A stretch of DNA of 64,000 nt from Octopus vulgaris (Eukaryota). The stretch lies in contig OX597841.1 of the NCBI GenBank assembly GCA_951406725.2, positions 14,012,001 to 14,076,000 on the forward strand, read 5' to 3'. The notes under the pieces are model-generated. The model did no database searches, was not told the origin of the DNA, and was given only the letters and a program-made list of their open reading frames with translations. This document shows, in pieces, positions 1 through 15,376 of this stretch (positions are counted from its first letter, which is position 1; each line of letters opens with the position of its first letter). The translations under genes were made by a program, and so were the position numbers.

Positions 1-270
1 TGATTCTGTTATTGATGACGACGACGATGACGATGATGATGAACATGATGATGATGATGATGATGAGGATGATGACGACGACGATGAAGATGATGGTGAT
101 GATGAAACTGACGCATGTACGAGCCTGCATCACACTGCAAGGTGTGTGTGTGTGTATGGGCACACATGTGTGTGCGCATATGTGTGTGTATGAGTGAGTG
201 TATATATATATGTGTGTGTGTGTATATATACATATATATATATACATGTACATATATATATATATGAACG

Positions 271-302
<32 letters not shown>

Positions 303-501
303 TATATAGATACACACACAGATATATATATATATATGTATGTATAGGAGTGGCTGTGTGGTAAGTAGCTTGCTTACCAACCACATGGTTCTGGGTTCAG
401 TCCCACTGCATGGCACCTTAGGCAAGTGTCTTCTACTATAGCCTTGGGCCGACCAAAGCCTTGTGAGTGGATTTGGTAGACGGAAACTGAAAGAAGCCCG
501 T

Positions 502-533
<32 letters not shown>

Positions 534-1289
534 CAGAAATTGATAGATAGATATAGATATATAGATAGAGGTGAGTATGTTGATGTGTGTGTATGTATGT
601 ATACATATATACATACATATATACATCCATATTAACTCAAACATATGTGTATACACATTCATATATATAGATATATAGGTATATTTGTATGTGCATGTGT
701 GTATACATATATATATATGTGTGTGTGTGTGTATATCTATCATCATCATCATCATCAGCGATTACTGTCCGCTTTCCATGCTAGCATAGGTTGGACGATT
801 TTCACTGAGGACTGGCGAACCAGAAGGCTGCACCAGGCTCCAGTCTGATCTAGCAGAGTTTCTACAGCTGGATGCCCTTCCTAGCGCCAACCACTCCAAG
901 AATGTCGTGGGTACTTATACGTGCCACCAGCACGAGTGTGCCAGTCAGTCATACTCAAATGGTGTTTTTTACATTTCACCTGCACAGGGGTCAGTCCAGC
1001 AGCACTGGCAATGACCTCGCTCGAATGTTCTTTGTTATGCCACTGGCACAAGTGCCAGTAAGGCGACGCTGCTAACGATTACGCTTGAGTGGTTCCTTTT
1101 ACGTGCCACCGGCACAGAAGCCAGTTAGCTGCTCTGGCAACAATCACTCTCGGAGTGGTTGGCATTAGGAAGGGCATCCGGCTGTAGAAACACTGCCAGA
1201 TCAAGATTGGAGCCTGGTGCAGCCTCCTCGCTTCCCAGACCCCGGTGGAACCGTCCAACCCATGCTAGCACGGAAAACAGGCGTTAAAC

Positions 1290-1326
<37 letters not shown>

Positions 1327-2344
1327 CATACTCTTTACTCTTTTACTTGTTTCAGTCATTTGACTGCGGCCATGCTGGAGCACCGCCTTTAATCAAGCAA
1401 CTCGACCCCGGAACTTATTATTTTGTAAGCCCAGTACTTATTCTATTGGTTTATCTTTTCTTGAACCGCTAAGTAACGGGGGACGTAAACACACCAGCAT
1501 CGGTTGTCAAACAATGCTAGGGGGACAAACAGACACACAAACACATACACGCACATACATATATATACATATATACGACAGGCTTCTTTCAGTTTCCGTC
1601 TACCAAATCCACTCACAAGGCATTGGTCAGCCCGGGGCTATAGCAGAAGACACTTGCCCAAGGTGCCACGTGGTGGGACTGAACCCGCAACCATGTGGTT
1701 GGTTAGCAAGCTACTTACCACACAGCCACTACTGCATATATATATATATATATATACATATATACGACAGGCTTCTTTCAGTTTCCATCTACCAAATCCA
1801 CTCACAAGGCTTTGGTCAGCCCAAGACTATAGTAGAAGACACTTGCCCAAGATGCCATGCACTGGGACTGAACCCGGAACCATGTGGTTGGTTAGCAAGC
1901 TACTTACCACCCAGCCACTCCTGCGCCTGTGCATGTGTGCTTAATATAAATGTTAATGAGAAGAAGCATGAAAATGTTTTGTGACACGAACAGTTAAGAG
2001 TGACTCAAAAACTCAATGTAGAAACGATGTGAAATAGGGACAAAAAAAAAACTTCCATACTTTCTCGTTAATCAATTTGTAATCGTAAGAAATCCATAAG
2101 GTAATATAATATGGTCGTTAAAACAGTTTATTTAAAATTCTAATGTAGACATGTTTCAATAATGGACTTTCTGTCTGTTTATAAACTAAACAGTCGTTGA
2201 TTCTTCAGTGTACAATAAGTCCATTACGTCCAAAGATTATCTGGGATTAATCTTTTAAAATATCTTGTGTGTGTGTGTGTGTGTGGTGTGTGTGTGTGTA
2301 TATGTATGTATGTGTATATATATATATATGTACATATGTGTGTT

Positions 2345-2375
<31 letters not shown>

Positions 2376-2605
2376 GTTTATATTTCTTTACTATCCACAA
2401 GGGGCTAAACACAGAGGGGACAAACAAGGACAACAGCCAAACGGATTAAGTGAATTACATCGAACCCAGTGTGTAACTGGTACTTAATTTATCGACCCCG
2501 AAAGGATGAAAGGCAAAGTCGACCTTGGCGGAATTTGAACTCAGAACGTAGCAACAGACAAAATACCACTAAGCATTTTGCCTGGCGTGCCAACGTCTCT
2601 GCCAG

Positions 2606-2655
<50 letters not shown>

Positions 2656-3276
2656 CACATATACACACCTGTGAATCCCCAGAAGTCATCACAGGTATGT
2701 GCAAAACATGCCACTGAATAAACATGAGACCACTGGTCTCATAATGGACTTAACGAACTGTGAACCCAATTAGAACGCAAGACACTCGAATCTTTGATCT
2801 TCTCTTTTCTGATGTAAACCATTGATCTTCCACTCTTCTTCTGTCCACCTCTGACTTCTTCGTTCAGATGATGTCTACCATTAGCAACGAGGCACAAATA
2901 TAAATATTATATTTTCCTCACCATGGGAAACAGAAACGATCGTAAACAACTTCACTCTCACTCCATCACCTTTATTTACTAATTAAATATTGGCTTACAA
3001 GCACAAAAGACACACTTCTCTTTGTTGGTTTTTCTCCATTTTCTTCTCACCTATATATATATCATCATCATCATCATCATCGTTTAACGTCCGCTTTCCA
3101 TGCTAGCATGGGTCAGACGATTTGACTGAGGGCTGGCGAACCAGATGGCTGCACTAGGCTCCAATCTGATGCTGGTGCAGCCATCTGGTTTGCCAGTCGT
3201 CAGTCAAATCGTCCGACCCATGCTAGCATGGAAAGTGGATGTTAAACAATGATCATCATCATCATCATGATATTGA

Positions 3277-3317
<41 letters not shown>

Positions 3318-3318
<1 letters not shown>

Positions 3319-3469
3319 TTTATTTAAAGCAGCAGAAAATTCAACAAAATCTGTTTGAGTTTACGTTCCCGTTCATCGGACAGTTTTTGCTAGAAAAACT
3401 GTCCGATGAACGGCAACGTGAAACTCAGAGTAACAGGTTTTGTTGAATTTTCTGCTGCTTTAAATAAAG
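3318..3469. mobile_element. Fold-back Penelope-like remnant
   Basis: Inverted arms centred ~3389, hammerhead variant in right arm, next to (TA)n. Confidence 0.6.
3399..3436 (+). ncRNA. Hammerhead ribozyme motif, U4C core variant
   Basis: CUGU-CCGAUGA-ACG[gcaa]CGU-GAAAC-ucaga-GUA|ACAG; stem I CUGU/ACAG, near-palindromic stem III ACUCAGAGU. Confidence 0.7.
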
Positions 3470-3539
3470 CATATTACTCTACCACTGGTATTTGAGTACT
3501 CTTTTTTCCACCTTGTTTCACATTTATGTGTTTACTCCA

Positions 3540-3610
<71 letters not shown>

Positions 3611-3624
3611 CATACATATATACA

Positions 3625-3950
3625 GCATCTAATAATATCAGAGCCCTAGGAGTAATTGTTGACAACAATCTCAGTTGGAGTGCCCACATCAACAATAAGG
3701 TCAATATAGCTCATAGGATGAGCTCCTGGATCTTAAGAACCTTCCGGTCCAGAGAACAAGGTGTCATCATTCTTCTTTCCTCCTCCTTTGTACGGCCACA
3801 CCTCAAACACTGCTTCCCCCTGGAATCTCTTCATGCTAAACAAAACATTTCAAAAATCTGAGTCAACCCAGAGGGCACTCACTAAAAGAATTAAGGGCCT
3901 GACTGAATTTGATTATTGAGATTGCCTTAAAGCATTGAAATTCTATTCTT
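3625..3950 (+). mobile_element. CR1-like LINE RT C-terminal fragment
   Basis: IRALGVIVDNNLSWSAHINNKVNIAHRMSSWILRTFRSR...FVRPHLKHC. Confidence 0.8.
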
Positions 3951-4487
3951 CATGATTGCACCAAGAAAATTTCCCTCCGAGGCACAAGTCCGGGCAAGGT
4001 TATTTATGGAAGACCAGCAGTCACCTATGCATACCAGCCCCACCTCTCTCCACGCCATTATATGTACATAGGGTGAAGGGTAAAGACCCTTTTCGGTCAT
4101 GGATGACCATGGGATTGCACCTAGAAAGTTACCTTTTGAGGCACAAGTCCAGGTAAGGTTGTTTATGGAAGACCAGCAGTCACCTATGCATACCAGCCTC
4201 CCCCTCTCCATGTCACTGATGTTATCTAAGGGAAAGGCAAAGGGGCCGATACAGCTTGGCACCAGTGACATTGCAACTCCTTTCTACAGCTGAGTGAATT
4301 GAAGAAATGTAAAAATAAATAGCCTTGCTCAAGAACAAAACACACAGCCTGGACCTGGTATTGAACTCACTGCCTCATGGTTGTGAGCCCAACACTCAAA
4401 CCACTGAGCCATGGGCCTTCAAACACATCGTCTCAGAACCAGACACCTTTCTATTCACTTACAACAACCCACTTAACAGCCACTCTA

Positions 4488-4945
<458 letters not shown>

Positions 4946-5677
4946 AGAAAAAAAAAAGTCCTATGATAGCAGACATTCCATCCATGACCAGCCCAATCTA
5001 ATTTATTCAGGTATAGTCTATCTAGGATTCTATTATCCCATGTTTTTGCCCTCTGTGTCAAGACATTAAGGAGTGATTTAAAAGAAGTCTGGTTGCTATG
5101 TTTAGCATTCTCAATGTCCATATAGAAGCTTTCCCTGTTGGTATGTCACATAGGTGGCGCTAGTGGGGCTGTTGTTAGCTTCATAAATCAAAATCAAAAT
5201 CAAATTTGATGACTGGCATCCGTGCTAGCGGGGTGCAAAGAACACCATAAGAGTGTGATCGTTGACAGAGCGGCTAACCAGCGTCGCCTTACTGGCACTT
5301 GTGCCCTGTGCTTGTAGGGTGCTAAGAGCACCATCCGAGCATGATCGTTGCCAGAGCAGCCAACTAGCTTCCATGCCCGTAGTTCGTAAAGGGCACCAAT
5401 CGAGCGTGATCGTTACCAGCGTCGCCTTATTGGCACCTGTGCCGGTGGCATGTGTAAAAAGATTCGAGCAAGGTCATTGCCAGTACCACCTGACTGGCCC
5501 CCATGACGGTGACACGTAAAAGCACCCACTACACTTTCGGAGTGGTTGGCATTAGGAAGGGCACCCAGCTGTAGAAACTCTGCCAGATCAAGATTGGAGC
5601 CTGGTGCAGCCATCTGGTTCACCAGCCCTCAGTCAAAATTGTCCAACCCATGCCAGCATGGAAAGCAGACGTTAAAC

Positions 5678-5714
<37 letters not shown>

Positions 5715-6437
5715 TTACTGTTGTTGTTATGGTTATTTGTGTTATTGTAACTGTTGTATTTGATGTTGTTGTTGATGATGATGTTGTGTCTGCTGTCTTT
5801 TTAATCAGGTATTGATTCTTTTATCAGATATTGTCATCCATATATTGATCTGTGGATATGTGAAAGGGAGAGAGAGAGAGAAGGAGAGGGGAGGATAGAG
5901 AGAGACAGAGAGAGACAATGTGTGTGTGTGTGTGTGTGGGAGAGAGAGATGGAAAAACTGGGACAATGGATGTATGTGTGTGTGTGTCTGTGTGTGTATG
6001 TCTGTGCATGTGTGTGTAAGAGAGAGAAAGAACTGTGTGTGTGTCAAGGACAGAGACAGTGTATATACATGTGTGTATGTGCTTGAGTGTGTATGTATAT
6101 ATATGTGTGAGTGTATGTATATATATGAATGTATATGTATGTATGTATATGTATGTGTGTATGTATATGTATATATGTATATATATATATATGTGTGTGT
6201 GTATGTATATGTATGTATGTATGCATTTGTATGTGTGTATGTATATATATATATATATAATAATAAATATTAGGGAATAAATCCAAATTTACAGGGAAAA
6301 ATCAGATTTAGGATTAAATCCAATTTTATAGTAAAATATTATATAATATTAATTCGAGACAAAACCACTATTTTGCAAAACAAACAAGGAAAGACTTAAT
6401 CAATACATAAAAATTTTGATATATAATAAATAAACCG

Positions 6438-6481
6438 CCACTACAATCGTTTCATGTCTTCAAATGACATTCGTCAGGTGG
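6438..6481 (-). ncRNA. Hammerhead ribozyme motif, mirror copy in fold-back
   Basis: Reverse complement of 6551-6594 in the other arm of the 6341-6691 palindrome. Confidence 0.85.
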
Positions 6482-6550
6482 ATTTCCGATCTTCTAATCA
6501 GTTTTAATTTATGAAGTTCATAAATTAAAACTGATTAGAAGATCAGAAAT

Positions 6551-6594
6551 CCACCTGACGAATGTCATTTGAAGACATGAAACGATTGTAGTGG
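6551..6594 (+). ncRNA. Minimal type I hammerhead ribozyme motif
   Basis: CCAC-CUGACGA-AUGUC[auuugaa]GACAU-GAAAC-gauu-GUA|GUGG: stems I, II and core intact. Confidence 0.85.
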
Positions 6595-6701
6595 CGGTTT
6601 ATTTATTATATATTAAAATTTTTATGTATTGATTAAGTCTTTCCTTGTTTGTTTTGCAAAATAGTGGTTTTGTCTCGAATTAATATTATATATATATATA
6701 T

Positions 6702-6747
<46 letters not shown>

Positions 6748-7021
6748 GTATATGTATGTGTGTATGTATATGTATACATATACATGTATATATGTATATA
6801 TGTATGCTCTATACTCTATACACACAAATGCTTGAATGTACATAAATGTATGTTTAAATGGGCATGGAATTGTGTGCGTGTGTGTGCACACATGCATGCA
6901 CGCACGTTTCAATGTCTATTTGAAAGGTTTCTATATGAAAATATATGCAAAAACAGATTTCAATACACACACACATATATATATACAGAGAGATTTACAT
7001 ATATACATACATATATATATG

Positions 7022-7056
<35 letters not shown>

Positions 7057-9924
7057 GTTTGTATGTATTTATATATATGTATATATAGATATGTGTATGT
7101 ATATATATATATGTTTATATGTATGTATGTATTTATATATATGTATATATACATATGTATATCTATCTATATCTATATATATGTGTGTATATATATATAT
7201 ATATACACACATATATATGAGTGGCTGTGTGGTAAGTATATATGCGTATATATATATTTATAAGCATAGGTGGGGTTTTCAAAAATGGGGAAATTCGCTG
7301 CGGTTAGTGGTTGGTGATCTATCATAGCAAATGCCAGACAGAGGGTCACACAGGAGGGCTAGGAAGAAGGGGAGATAATAAAGTAGTGGTGATCCAGCAG
7401 TGGCTAAAACACAAACCGACCAAGTTTATCTATTAATATTCTTTTTATATGTTTGTTTCCTTTTACACAATATTAAAACAATGGCTAAAAATTCTCTCAA
7501 GCACCTCCCCCCCCCTTAATTTTATCTACGAGCCACCACTGCTCAAGTGACAAATAGATCTCACAACGATAGACAGCGAAACTAGAAATGAAGGACCCAT
7601 TGGAGGAAATGGTTTGAGAAAAAATGATAAAATACTGGATGGTCACATCTGGAATGTCTTGGGAAAACCACTTTACAAATGCAACTTTGTGGAGCTACAA
7701 TCACAGGTCAACACAACGATATGCTATTGTTAAAAGTATCACATGTTACCAACACCACCACCACTACCATCACCATCACCATCACTACCACCACGGACAA
7801 GACCATCTCCACCACCATCACCACCACCACCACAGACAACACCACTTCCACCACCATCACCACTACCATCATCACCACCACCACCACAGACAAGACCACC
7901 TCCACCACCATCACCACCACCACCAACACCACCATCACCACAACCACCAACACCACCACCAACACCACCATCACCACCACCACCATCATCACCCACCACC
8001 ACCATCACTATCATCACCACCACCATCACCACAACCACCACCACCACCACCAGCGAGAATCATTTTAAAGGCAGTGACCCTACCCTGTCCTTGTTAATCC
8101 ATGACCTTTCCTCTGAACTCAATGTAAGCCATAAATATCACCTTAATCTGCAATATCAGTCCTTGCTAATCTGGGTAATCCATGGGGATCAGAATGGATT
8201 TCTTTCCTCCATTTTGCTGTCACAAGACATACCCTGGCCCACCTCGAAACCGAAGTGGAGCTGAACCAAGAAAGAGGCCCCTCAAAGCATTCAGAGGAAA
8301 AGGGATTAGGTCCCTTATATACAAGAAAAATAAACAAAACCTTGTGAGTAGATTTGGTGGATGGAAACTGAAAGAAGCCCCTTGCATATATATTATATAT
8401 CCGTATATATATATATAACCAACCACATGGTCCCGGGTTCAGTCCCACTGCGTGGCATCTTGGGCAAGTGTCTTCTGCTATAGCCCTGGGCCAACCAATG
8501 CCTTGTGAGTGGATTTGGTAGACGGAAACTGAAGGAAGCCTGTCGTATATATGTATATATATGTATATATGTGTATGTGTGTGTGTGTTTGTTCCCCTAG
8601 CATTGCTTGACAACCGATGCTGGTGTGTTTACGTCCCCGTAACTTAGCGGTTCGGCAAAAGAGACCGATAGAATAAGTACTGGGCTTACAAAAAGAATAT
8701 GTCCCGGGGTCGAGTTGTTTGATTAAAGGTGGTGCTCCAGCATGGCTGCAGTCAAATGACTGAAACAAGTAAAAGAGTAAAAGAGTAAAAGAGTATATAT
8801 ATATATGTGTGTGTGTGTGTATATAAACATAGATCTCCCACATACCCCCACCTCTACTCCTACCCTCAGCCTAATCCACACCCCACAGTAAAAATATGCA
8901 AAACTTTTCTCAAGTTCCAAATGTGAATCTGTCTGTGTTAGCTACATCCCAAAGACAGAGTCTTGTATCTTTGTTGGAAACTGGCTCCCTCTTCAGTGGA
9001 AGAAGATTTATAATAATCAAAAAATAGAAGAGACATGGATGGAAGCACTCCGTCGGTTACGACGACGAGGGTTCCGGTTGATCCAAATCAACGGAACAGC
9101 CTGCTCGTGAAATTAACGTGCAAGTGGCTGAGTACTCCACAGACACGTGCAGCCTTAATGTAGTTCTCGGGGATATTCAGCGTGACACAGAGAGTGACAA
9201 GGCCGGTCCCTTGAAATACAGGTACAACAGAAACAGGAAGTAAGAGTGAGAGAAAGTTGTGGTGAAAAAGTACAGCAGGGATCACCACCATCCCCTGCCG
9301 GAGCCTCGTGGAGCTTTTAGGTGTTTTCGCTCAATAAACACTCACAACGCCCGGTCTGGGAATCGAAACCGCGATCCTATGACCGCGATCCTATGACCGC
9401 GATCCTATGACCGCGAGTCTGCTGCCCTAACCACTGGGCCATTGCGCCTCCAGAAGAGACATACATACATACTAGAGAAGAAGTTCCAGGTATGGAAGCA
9501 AGGTCTAGAATCGAAGGGTCTTAGAGTTAACCTAGGAAATATCCAAAGTCTTAGCAATATAACCAAAAGTTCTTTTTGCACCAAAAGCCAATATTAGAGT
9601 CTCTCTCGTGCCTTCTACCGCAGTATAGCTTGTTCTAACAGAACATTCATGTTTAATTAAGCATAAATATTAATTCATTGCGTGAGAGCAACTAGACTCT
9701 GACTAGATCTACTTTGCCTCTTTTACTTGTTTCAGTCATTTGACTGTGGCCATGCTGGAGCACCGCCTTTAGTCGAGCAAATCGACCCCAGGACTTATTC
9801 TTTGGAAGCCTAGTACTTATTCTATCGGTTTATCGGTTTCTTTTGCTAAGTTACGGGGACGTAAGCACACCAGCATCGGTTGTCAAGCGAAGTTGGGTGG
9901 ACAAACACAGACACACAAACATAT

Positions 9925-10001
<77 letters not shown>

Positions 10002-10002
10002 C

Positions 10003-10047
<45 letters not shown>

Positions 10048-10112
10048 TATATACATATATATACATATACATATATATATATACATATATATATATATAC
10101 ATATATATATAT

Positions 10113-10171
<59 letters not shown>

Positions 10172-11609
10172 TACGATGGGCTTCTTTCAGTTTCCGTCTA
10201 CCAAATCCACTCACAAGGCTTTGATCAGCCTGAGGCTATAGTAGAAGACACTTGCCGAAGGTGCCACGCAGTGGGACTGAACCCAGAACCGTGTGGTCGG
10301 TAAGCAAGCTACTTACCACACAGCCACTCCTGTGAGAAAGTACAGTGACAGTTTGATTTGATAGGCAGCTACAGTGCCTGTGCTCAATCAGTCAACCTTC
10401 ATGACTCTACCAAACTACAACAACACATAACAAGTCACAATCTACAAACCTTTTCTGACAACGGCCGCCGTTGTAGTTGTTGTTGTTGCTGTCGTTGTCC
10501 CTGTGGATGCCTTCGCTGTTGTTGTTGTTGTTGTTGTTGGTGGTGGTGGCTCATGACTGCCGCAGTTAGTGTGCCACCCGACCAAATTATTGTTGTGGTT
10601 GTTATTTTAGTTGTTGCTGTTGTTGTTGTTGTTTATGTGACTGTTATTTAGCCCCAGGTCAGTCTCGACCCAGCAGGCCTACAATCAAAGGCATTCCGGC
10701 CATGACTGTCCCGCCTTCTATTCAAACAATACATCTGAGACTACATTGTCCAATGTACCTTCCAGACACTTAAAGCTGATCTGAGGTAGATTTAGCTGTT
10801 ATTTCTAGCACACAGTACAACCACGTAAAGACTCTGTTGTTGGTTCTTTGCTGTTTTTGTTGTTGTTTTTGCTTTCACTGGAAGGGATGTCAAAGGTCAA
10901 ACTTGATGGGTCAGATTCTGTGATCAAAGACTCTCCAACCATGACCAACCCCTTTTGAGGTTGCTGCAGTTGTAATTGTTTTTGTTGTTGCTGCTTTTGT
11001 TGTTCTTCAGTGTCATGGAGTTTCACATTAGTCTCCTCCTCTCCTTCCTCTTCCTCCTCCTCTCCTTCCTCTTCCTCCTCCTCTCCTTCCTCTTCCTCCT
11101 CCTCTCCTTCCTCTTCCTCCTCTTCTTTCTTCTGCCAACTCTAGAATGGAAAAAAATACATATATATATTTGGAGGAATTGAGTGTGCATGTATGTGCAT
11201 ATATGTGTGTGCATGTGTATGTGTGTGTGTGTGAGTATTTAGGTAATTGTGGCCAGTCCATGGGGTTACCCAGGGTTAACTTTACAGCAGCTTGTCAGAC
11301 CCTAATGGCTGGTGTGTGTGTGTAAACATACAAAGACGATGCTAAATTCCTGGTTTTGAGTAAAAGAAAATAGAGGAGGATCACTCTTTTACTCTTTTAC
11401 TCTTTTACTTGTTTCAGTCATTTGACTGCAGCCATGCTGGAGCACCGCCTTTAATTGAGCAACTCGACCCCGGGACTTATTCTTTTGTAAGCCCAGTACT
11501 TATTCAATTGGTCTCTTTTGCCGAACCGCTAAGTAACGGGGACGTAAACACACCAGCAATGCTAGGGGGATAAACACAGACACACAAACACACACACACA
11601 CACACATAA

Positions 11610-11666
<57 letters not shown>

Positions 11667-12737
11667 CATACATATATATATATATATATGACAGGCTTCT
11701 TTCAGTTTCCATCTACCAAATCCACTCACAAGGCTTTGGTCAGCTTGAGGCTATTGTAGAAGACACTTGCCCAAGCACACACATGCATGCATATATATAC
11801 ATATATAGGACGGGCTTCTTTCAGTTTCCATTTGCCAAATCCACTCACAAGTCTTTGGTCGGCCCAAGGCTATAGTAGAAGACACTTGCCCAAGGTGCCA
11901 CGCAGTGGGACTGAACCCGGAACCATGTGGTTGGTAAACAAGCTACTTACCACACCACTCCTGCGCCTGCTCAAGGTGCCACGCAGTGGGACTGAACCCA
12001 GAACCATGTGGTTGGTAAGCAAGCTACTTACCACACAGCCACTCCTGCGCCTATGTTAGTGAATTATGATTTTATTCAACATATTCCCTTCTCAGATTCA
12101 CACATTTATTGCAGCGGTCCTTCAGATCTTTCAAGTCCTGTGAAAGAATTCAGAAGGTTGGGTGCCCAACCAGGCCTTTCGCGATACCTTTAAAGCCAGA
12201 AATTTTCCAGCATCCCTTCAATATGCAGTGGTGCGGGGATGTCCTTGAGTTAACATGCTTTAGTTCATTAAACTGGTAAAAATGAGTTGTACCTGTAATT
12301 ACAGAAGGGCCAGCCTTGTCACACACTGTGTCACACCTGTTCTCCCTGAGAACAACGTTAAGGATGAGCATGTCTGTGGAGCACTCAGTCACATCATCAT
12401 CATCATCATCATCATTTAACGTCCATTGTCCATGCTGGCATGGGTTGAACAGTTTGATTGGGTTGGCACCTGGAAGGTTGTACCAGACTCCAGTCTGATT
12501 TGGTATGGTTTTCTATGTCTTGATGCTCTTCCTAATGCCAGTGTAATGGGTGCTTTTATGTGCCATTTGCGTGACACAACGGTATCTGCCACAATTGTGA
12601 TTTTGCTCAGCTTGATGGGTCGTCTACTCAAGCACGACGTTATGCCAAAGGTCTTGGTCATTGCCTCTGTGAAGCCCAGCTCTCAAAAGGAACTCAGCCA
12701 ATTTGGAATTCAGTACTCGCAAGGAACTCAGCCAAAT

Positions 12738-13157
12738 AAGGCAGCGAGCTGGCAGAAACGTTAGCACGCCGGGTGAAATGCTCAGCAGTATTTCATCTGT
12801 GGCTATGTTCTGAGTTCAAATTCTGCCGAGGTTGACTTTGCCTTTCATCCTTTCGGGGTTGATAAATTAAGCACCGGTTACGCACTGGGGTCGATATAAT
12901 CGACTTAATCCCTTTGTCTGTCCTTATTTGTCCCCTCTTTGTTTAGCCCCTTGTGGGTAGTAAAGAAATAGGTATTTCGTATGTCTTTACGTTCTGAGTT
13001 CAAATTCCGCCGAGGTCGACTTTGCCTTTCATCCTTTCGGGGTCGATTAAATAAGTACCAGTTACGTACTGGGGTCGATATAATCGACTTAATCCCTTTG
13101 TCTGTCCTTGTTTGTCCCCTCTGTGTTTAGCCCCTTGTGGGTAGTAAAGAAATAGGT
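12738..13157 (+). mobile_element. SINE family 2 (Nin/Deu-like domain), partly duplicated
   Basis: gttcaaattcc B box then gcctttcatcctttcggggtcgataaattaagtacc; other copies 2385-2608(-), 23800-24180, 47073-47390, 49285-49430(-), 61296-61440(-). Confidence 0.85.
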
Positions 13158-13990
13158 TGTTCCATTGTCAGATCAACTTGAACACTTGTCATAACTGAAG
13201 GAGTGTCAGATTAGCCAGAACAAAGCGATGACACACCAGTACGAAATGGTTTCCCCTTTTACAAGTCTTTGTGCTTTTTGTTTGGTTTCTTTGGTGCTTT
13301 TGTTAAGAAATGATAAGTTAATCCAACAAACCTATTTATCTGCTGATCTCAGATCTATTTATTTTGTATGCGATTGATAACTTTATTTAGAAAGGAATTT
13401 TTCTGGACTTCAACCTAAGAATCTAAGCTTATCTAATTTATGACTATTTACCAAAGACCCGTATTGTTCGTGGACTAAGTTCTAAGTGAAGAATGAATGG
13501 AATTTCTTGTTTTATATTTTAACCCTTTTGTTACCCTATTTCTGTTGAAATCCTCTGACTTTGTTTCAATTAATTTTGGAAATAACGAAGTGTTTAGTAG
13601 AATTACTTTGTCGTCATTAATCTGGTTTTTGGAAAACAAATTAACATGGAATTTTGAGGGAAAGTTAAAATTTTGATCACTTTAACCCTTCTGTTACCAT
13701 ATTATGCTTGATGTCCACTGATTTTGTTTCAAATAATTTTGGAAATAATGAAGAATTTAGTAAAATAGCTTTGTTATTATTAATCTGGTTTTTGGAACAC
13801 GAACTAAGATGAAATTTTGATGGAAAGTTTTAATTCACATCACTTTAAAACAGGAAGTTTGTATCATAAGAATTTTTCAAAACTGAAATCCTTAAGGATC
13901 AAAACCATTTTCCCAAATGAATAAATAAAATTGAACATTAAGTATTTATGGAATTTTGATTTACTGCCGGGTGACTTTTGGCCAAACTTG

Positions 13991-14042
<52 letters not shown>

Positions 14043-14278
14043 TTCATTAAAACTTCATTAAAGAGTCACCCCCTTCCACCTCCTCCCTCTTTCTCTCAAC
14101 ATCCAACCCACCTCATTCCTTATTGACTGAAAAAACGGTATGGACGTTTTGTTTTGGTGTCTCGCTATGCCGTATACGACTATGAGGATTTACCTTCCCA
14201 ATGAAACTCGTTTTTTCCCAAAACTTTTTTCTCAAACCTGCTATAATGTAATACATGTCTTTGGTGTGGTAATTGTGC

Positions 14279-14365
14279 GCGGCTGAAGAAGGCTGTTGAC
14301 ATACATGTTACATCAATTATGCATTGATATAAATTGCTCAATAAAGCCAGAAACATATGTACCGC
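14279..14365 (+). ncRNA. Hammerhead ribozyme motif with long stem II
   Basis: GCGG-CUGAAGA-a-GGC...GCC-a-GAAAC-auau-GUA|CCGC; palindromic stem III ACAUAUGU; stem II extended by UGUUGA/UCAAUA. Confidence 0.8.
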
Positions 14366-14397
14366 TAAATCCTTTGCATCCTGTTTTTCTTTTGATA

Positions 14398-14434
<37 letters not shown>

Positions 14435-14439
14435 GTATA

Positions 14440-14700
14440 TGCCCAGTGCATCACACCAAGTCATGCTACTGGGGCCTTACTTGCATTGAGTGCAGCAGCT
14501 GCGGGATAAAAGGGGCCCAGTGGTGGGGTTTGTGACAGGCCCCACACCAGATGGCTGGATGTCATGGGAGAAGATGTCCAGAGGGTGGACATCACCTTGG
14601 AGGATGCAGAGGGACTGGCAAAAGGGAACAAGTGATGGGGACACATTGGTCGACCTGGTCGGCTCAGGGACCGCTAACCTGGGATCACCTTAACCCCATC
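14440..14700 (+). mobile_element. RTE-like LINE 3' fragment
   Basis: RPHTRWLDVMGEDVQRVDITLEDAEGLA. Confidence 0.6.
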
Positions 14701-14772
14701 TAGCAAAAGCATGAAGAAAGAGAAAGAGAAAGATAAGAGAATGAGAGAGAAAGGAAGAGAGAGAGAGACAGA

Positions 14773-14816
<44 letters not shown>

Positions 14817-15150
14817 CTTGTCTGGGTGTATATAAAGTGCATGTATATATGTGTATATATATATATATGACTGCATGGTTGTGCTTCCAATTTTGTGTCA
14901 CTTACCTTTGAATGTCGCACGGTGGAGCAACTGGGTTCAAATCCTAGCGAAGGCGTTTCATTTATGATAGCTCTTGTGGTTTGAATGAAACTTTTTTACT
15001 CTAAGTCACAGGCGGTCACTTGTTTCCATGCAACGACATATCACATGGCACAGTTTAGGCAAACAGCAACGACCTCTGCTGAACACACTCTTAAATTGTC
15101 AAACCAATGACCCAGCTAATTACCATAAACTTTGCATATACATATATATG

Positions 15151-15185
<35 letters not shown>

Positions 15186-15341
15186 GTATATATATATATG
15201 TATATGTATGTATGTGTGTGCGTGTATGTATATACACACACATACACAAGTATGTATATATATATATGTATACAAACATATGCATGTATATATGTATTGA
15301 TATACACACACACACAAACACACATATATATACGTATATAA

Positions 15342-15376
<35 letters not shown>

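Larger units (their letters stand above)
6341..6691. mobile_element. Fold-back (palindromic) Penelope-like element remnant in (TA)n
   Basis: ~175-bp near-perfect inverted arms centred ~6515, each carrying a hammerhead; flanked by TA microsatellites. PLE assignment inferred from architecture. Confidence 0.65.

Noticed and set aside
1504-1984. Recurrent peptide [14 protein letters not shown]...[14 protein letters not shown]
   Set aside because: Antisense translation of SINE family 1
7624-8264. His/Thr/Pro-rich ORFs resembling extensin or mucin
   Set aside because: (CAC)n-derived repeat open in all frames, no splice or domain support
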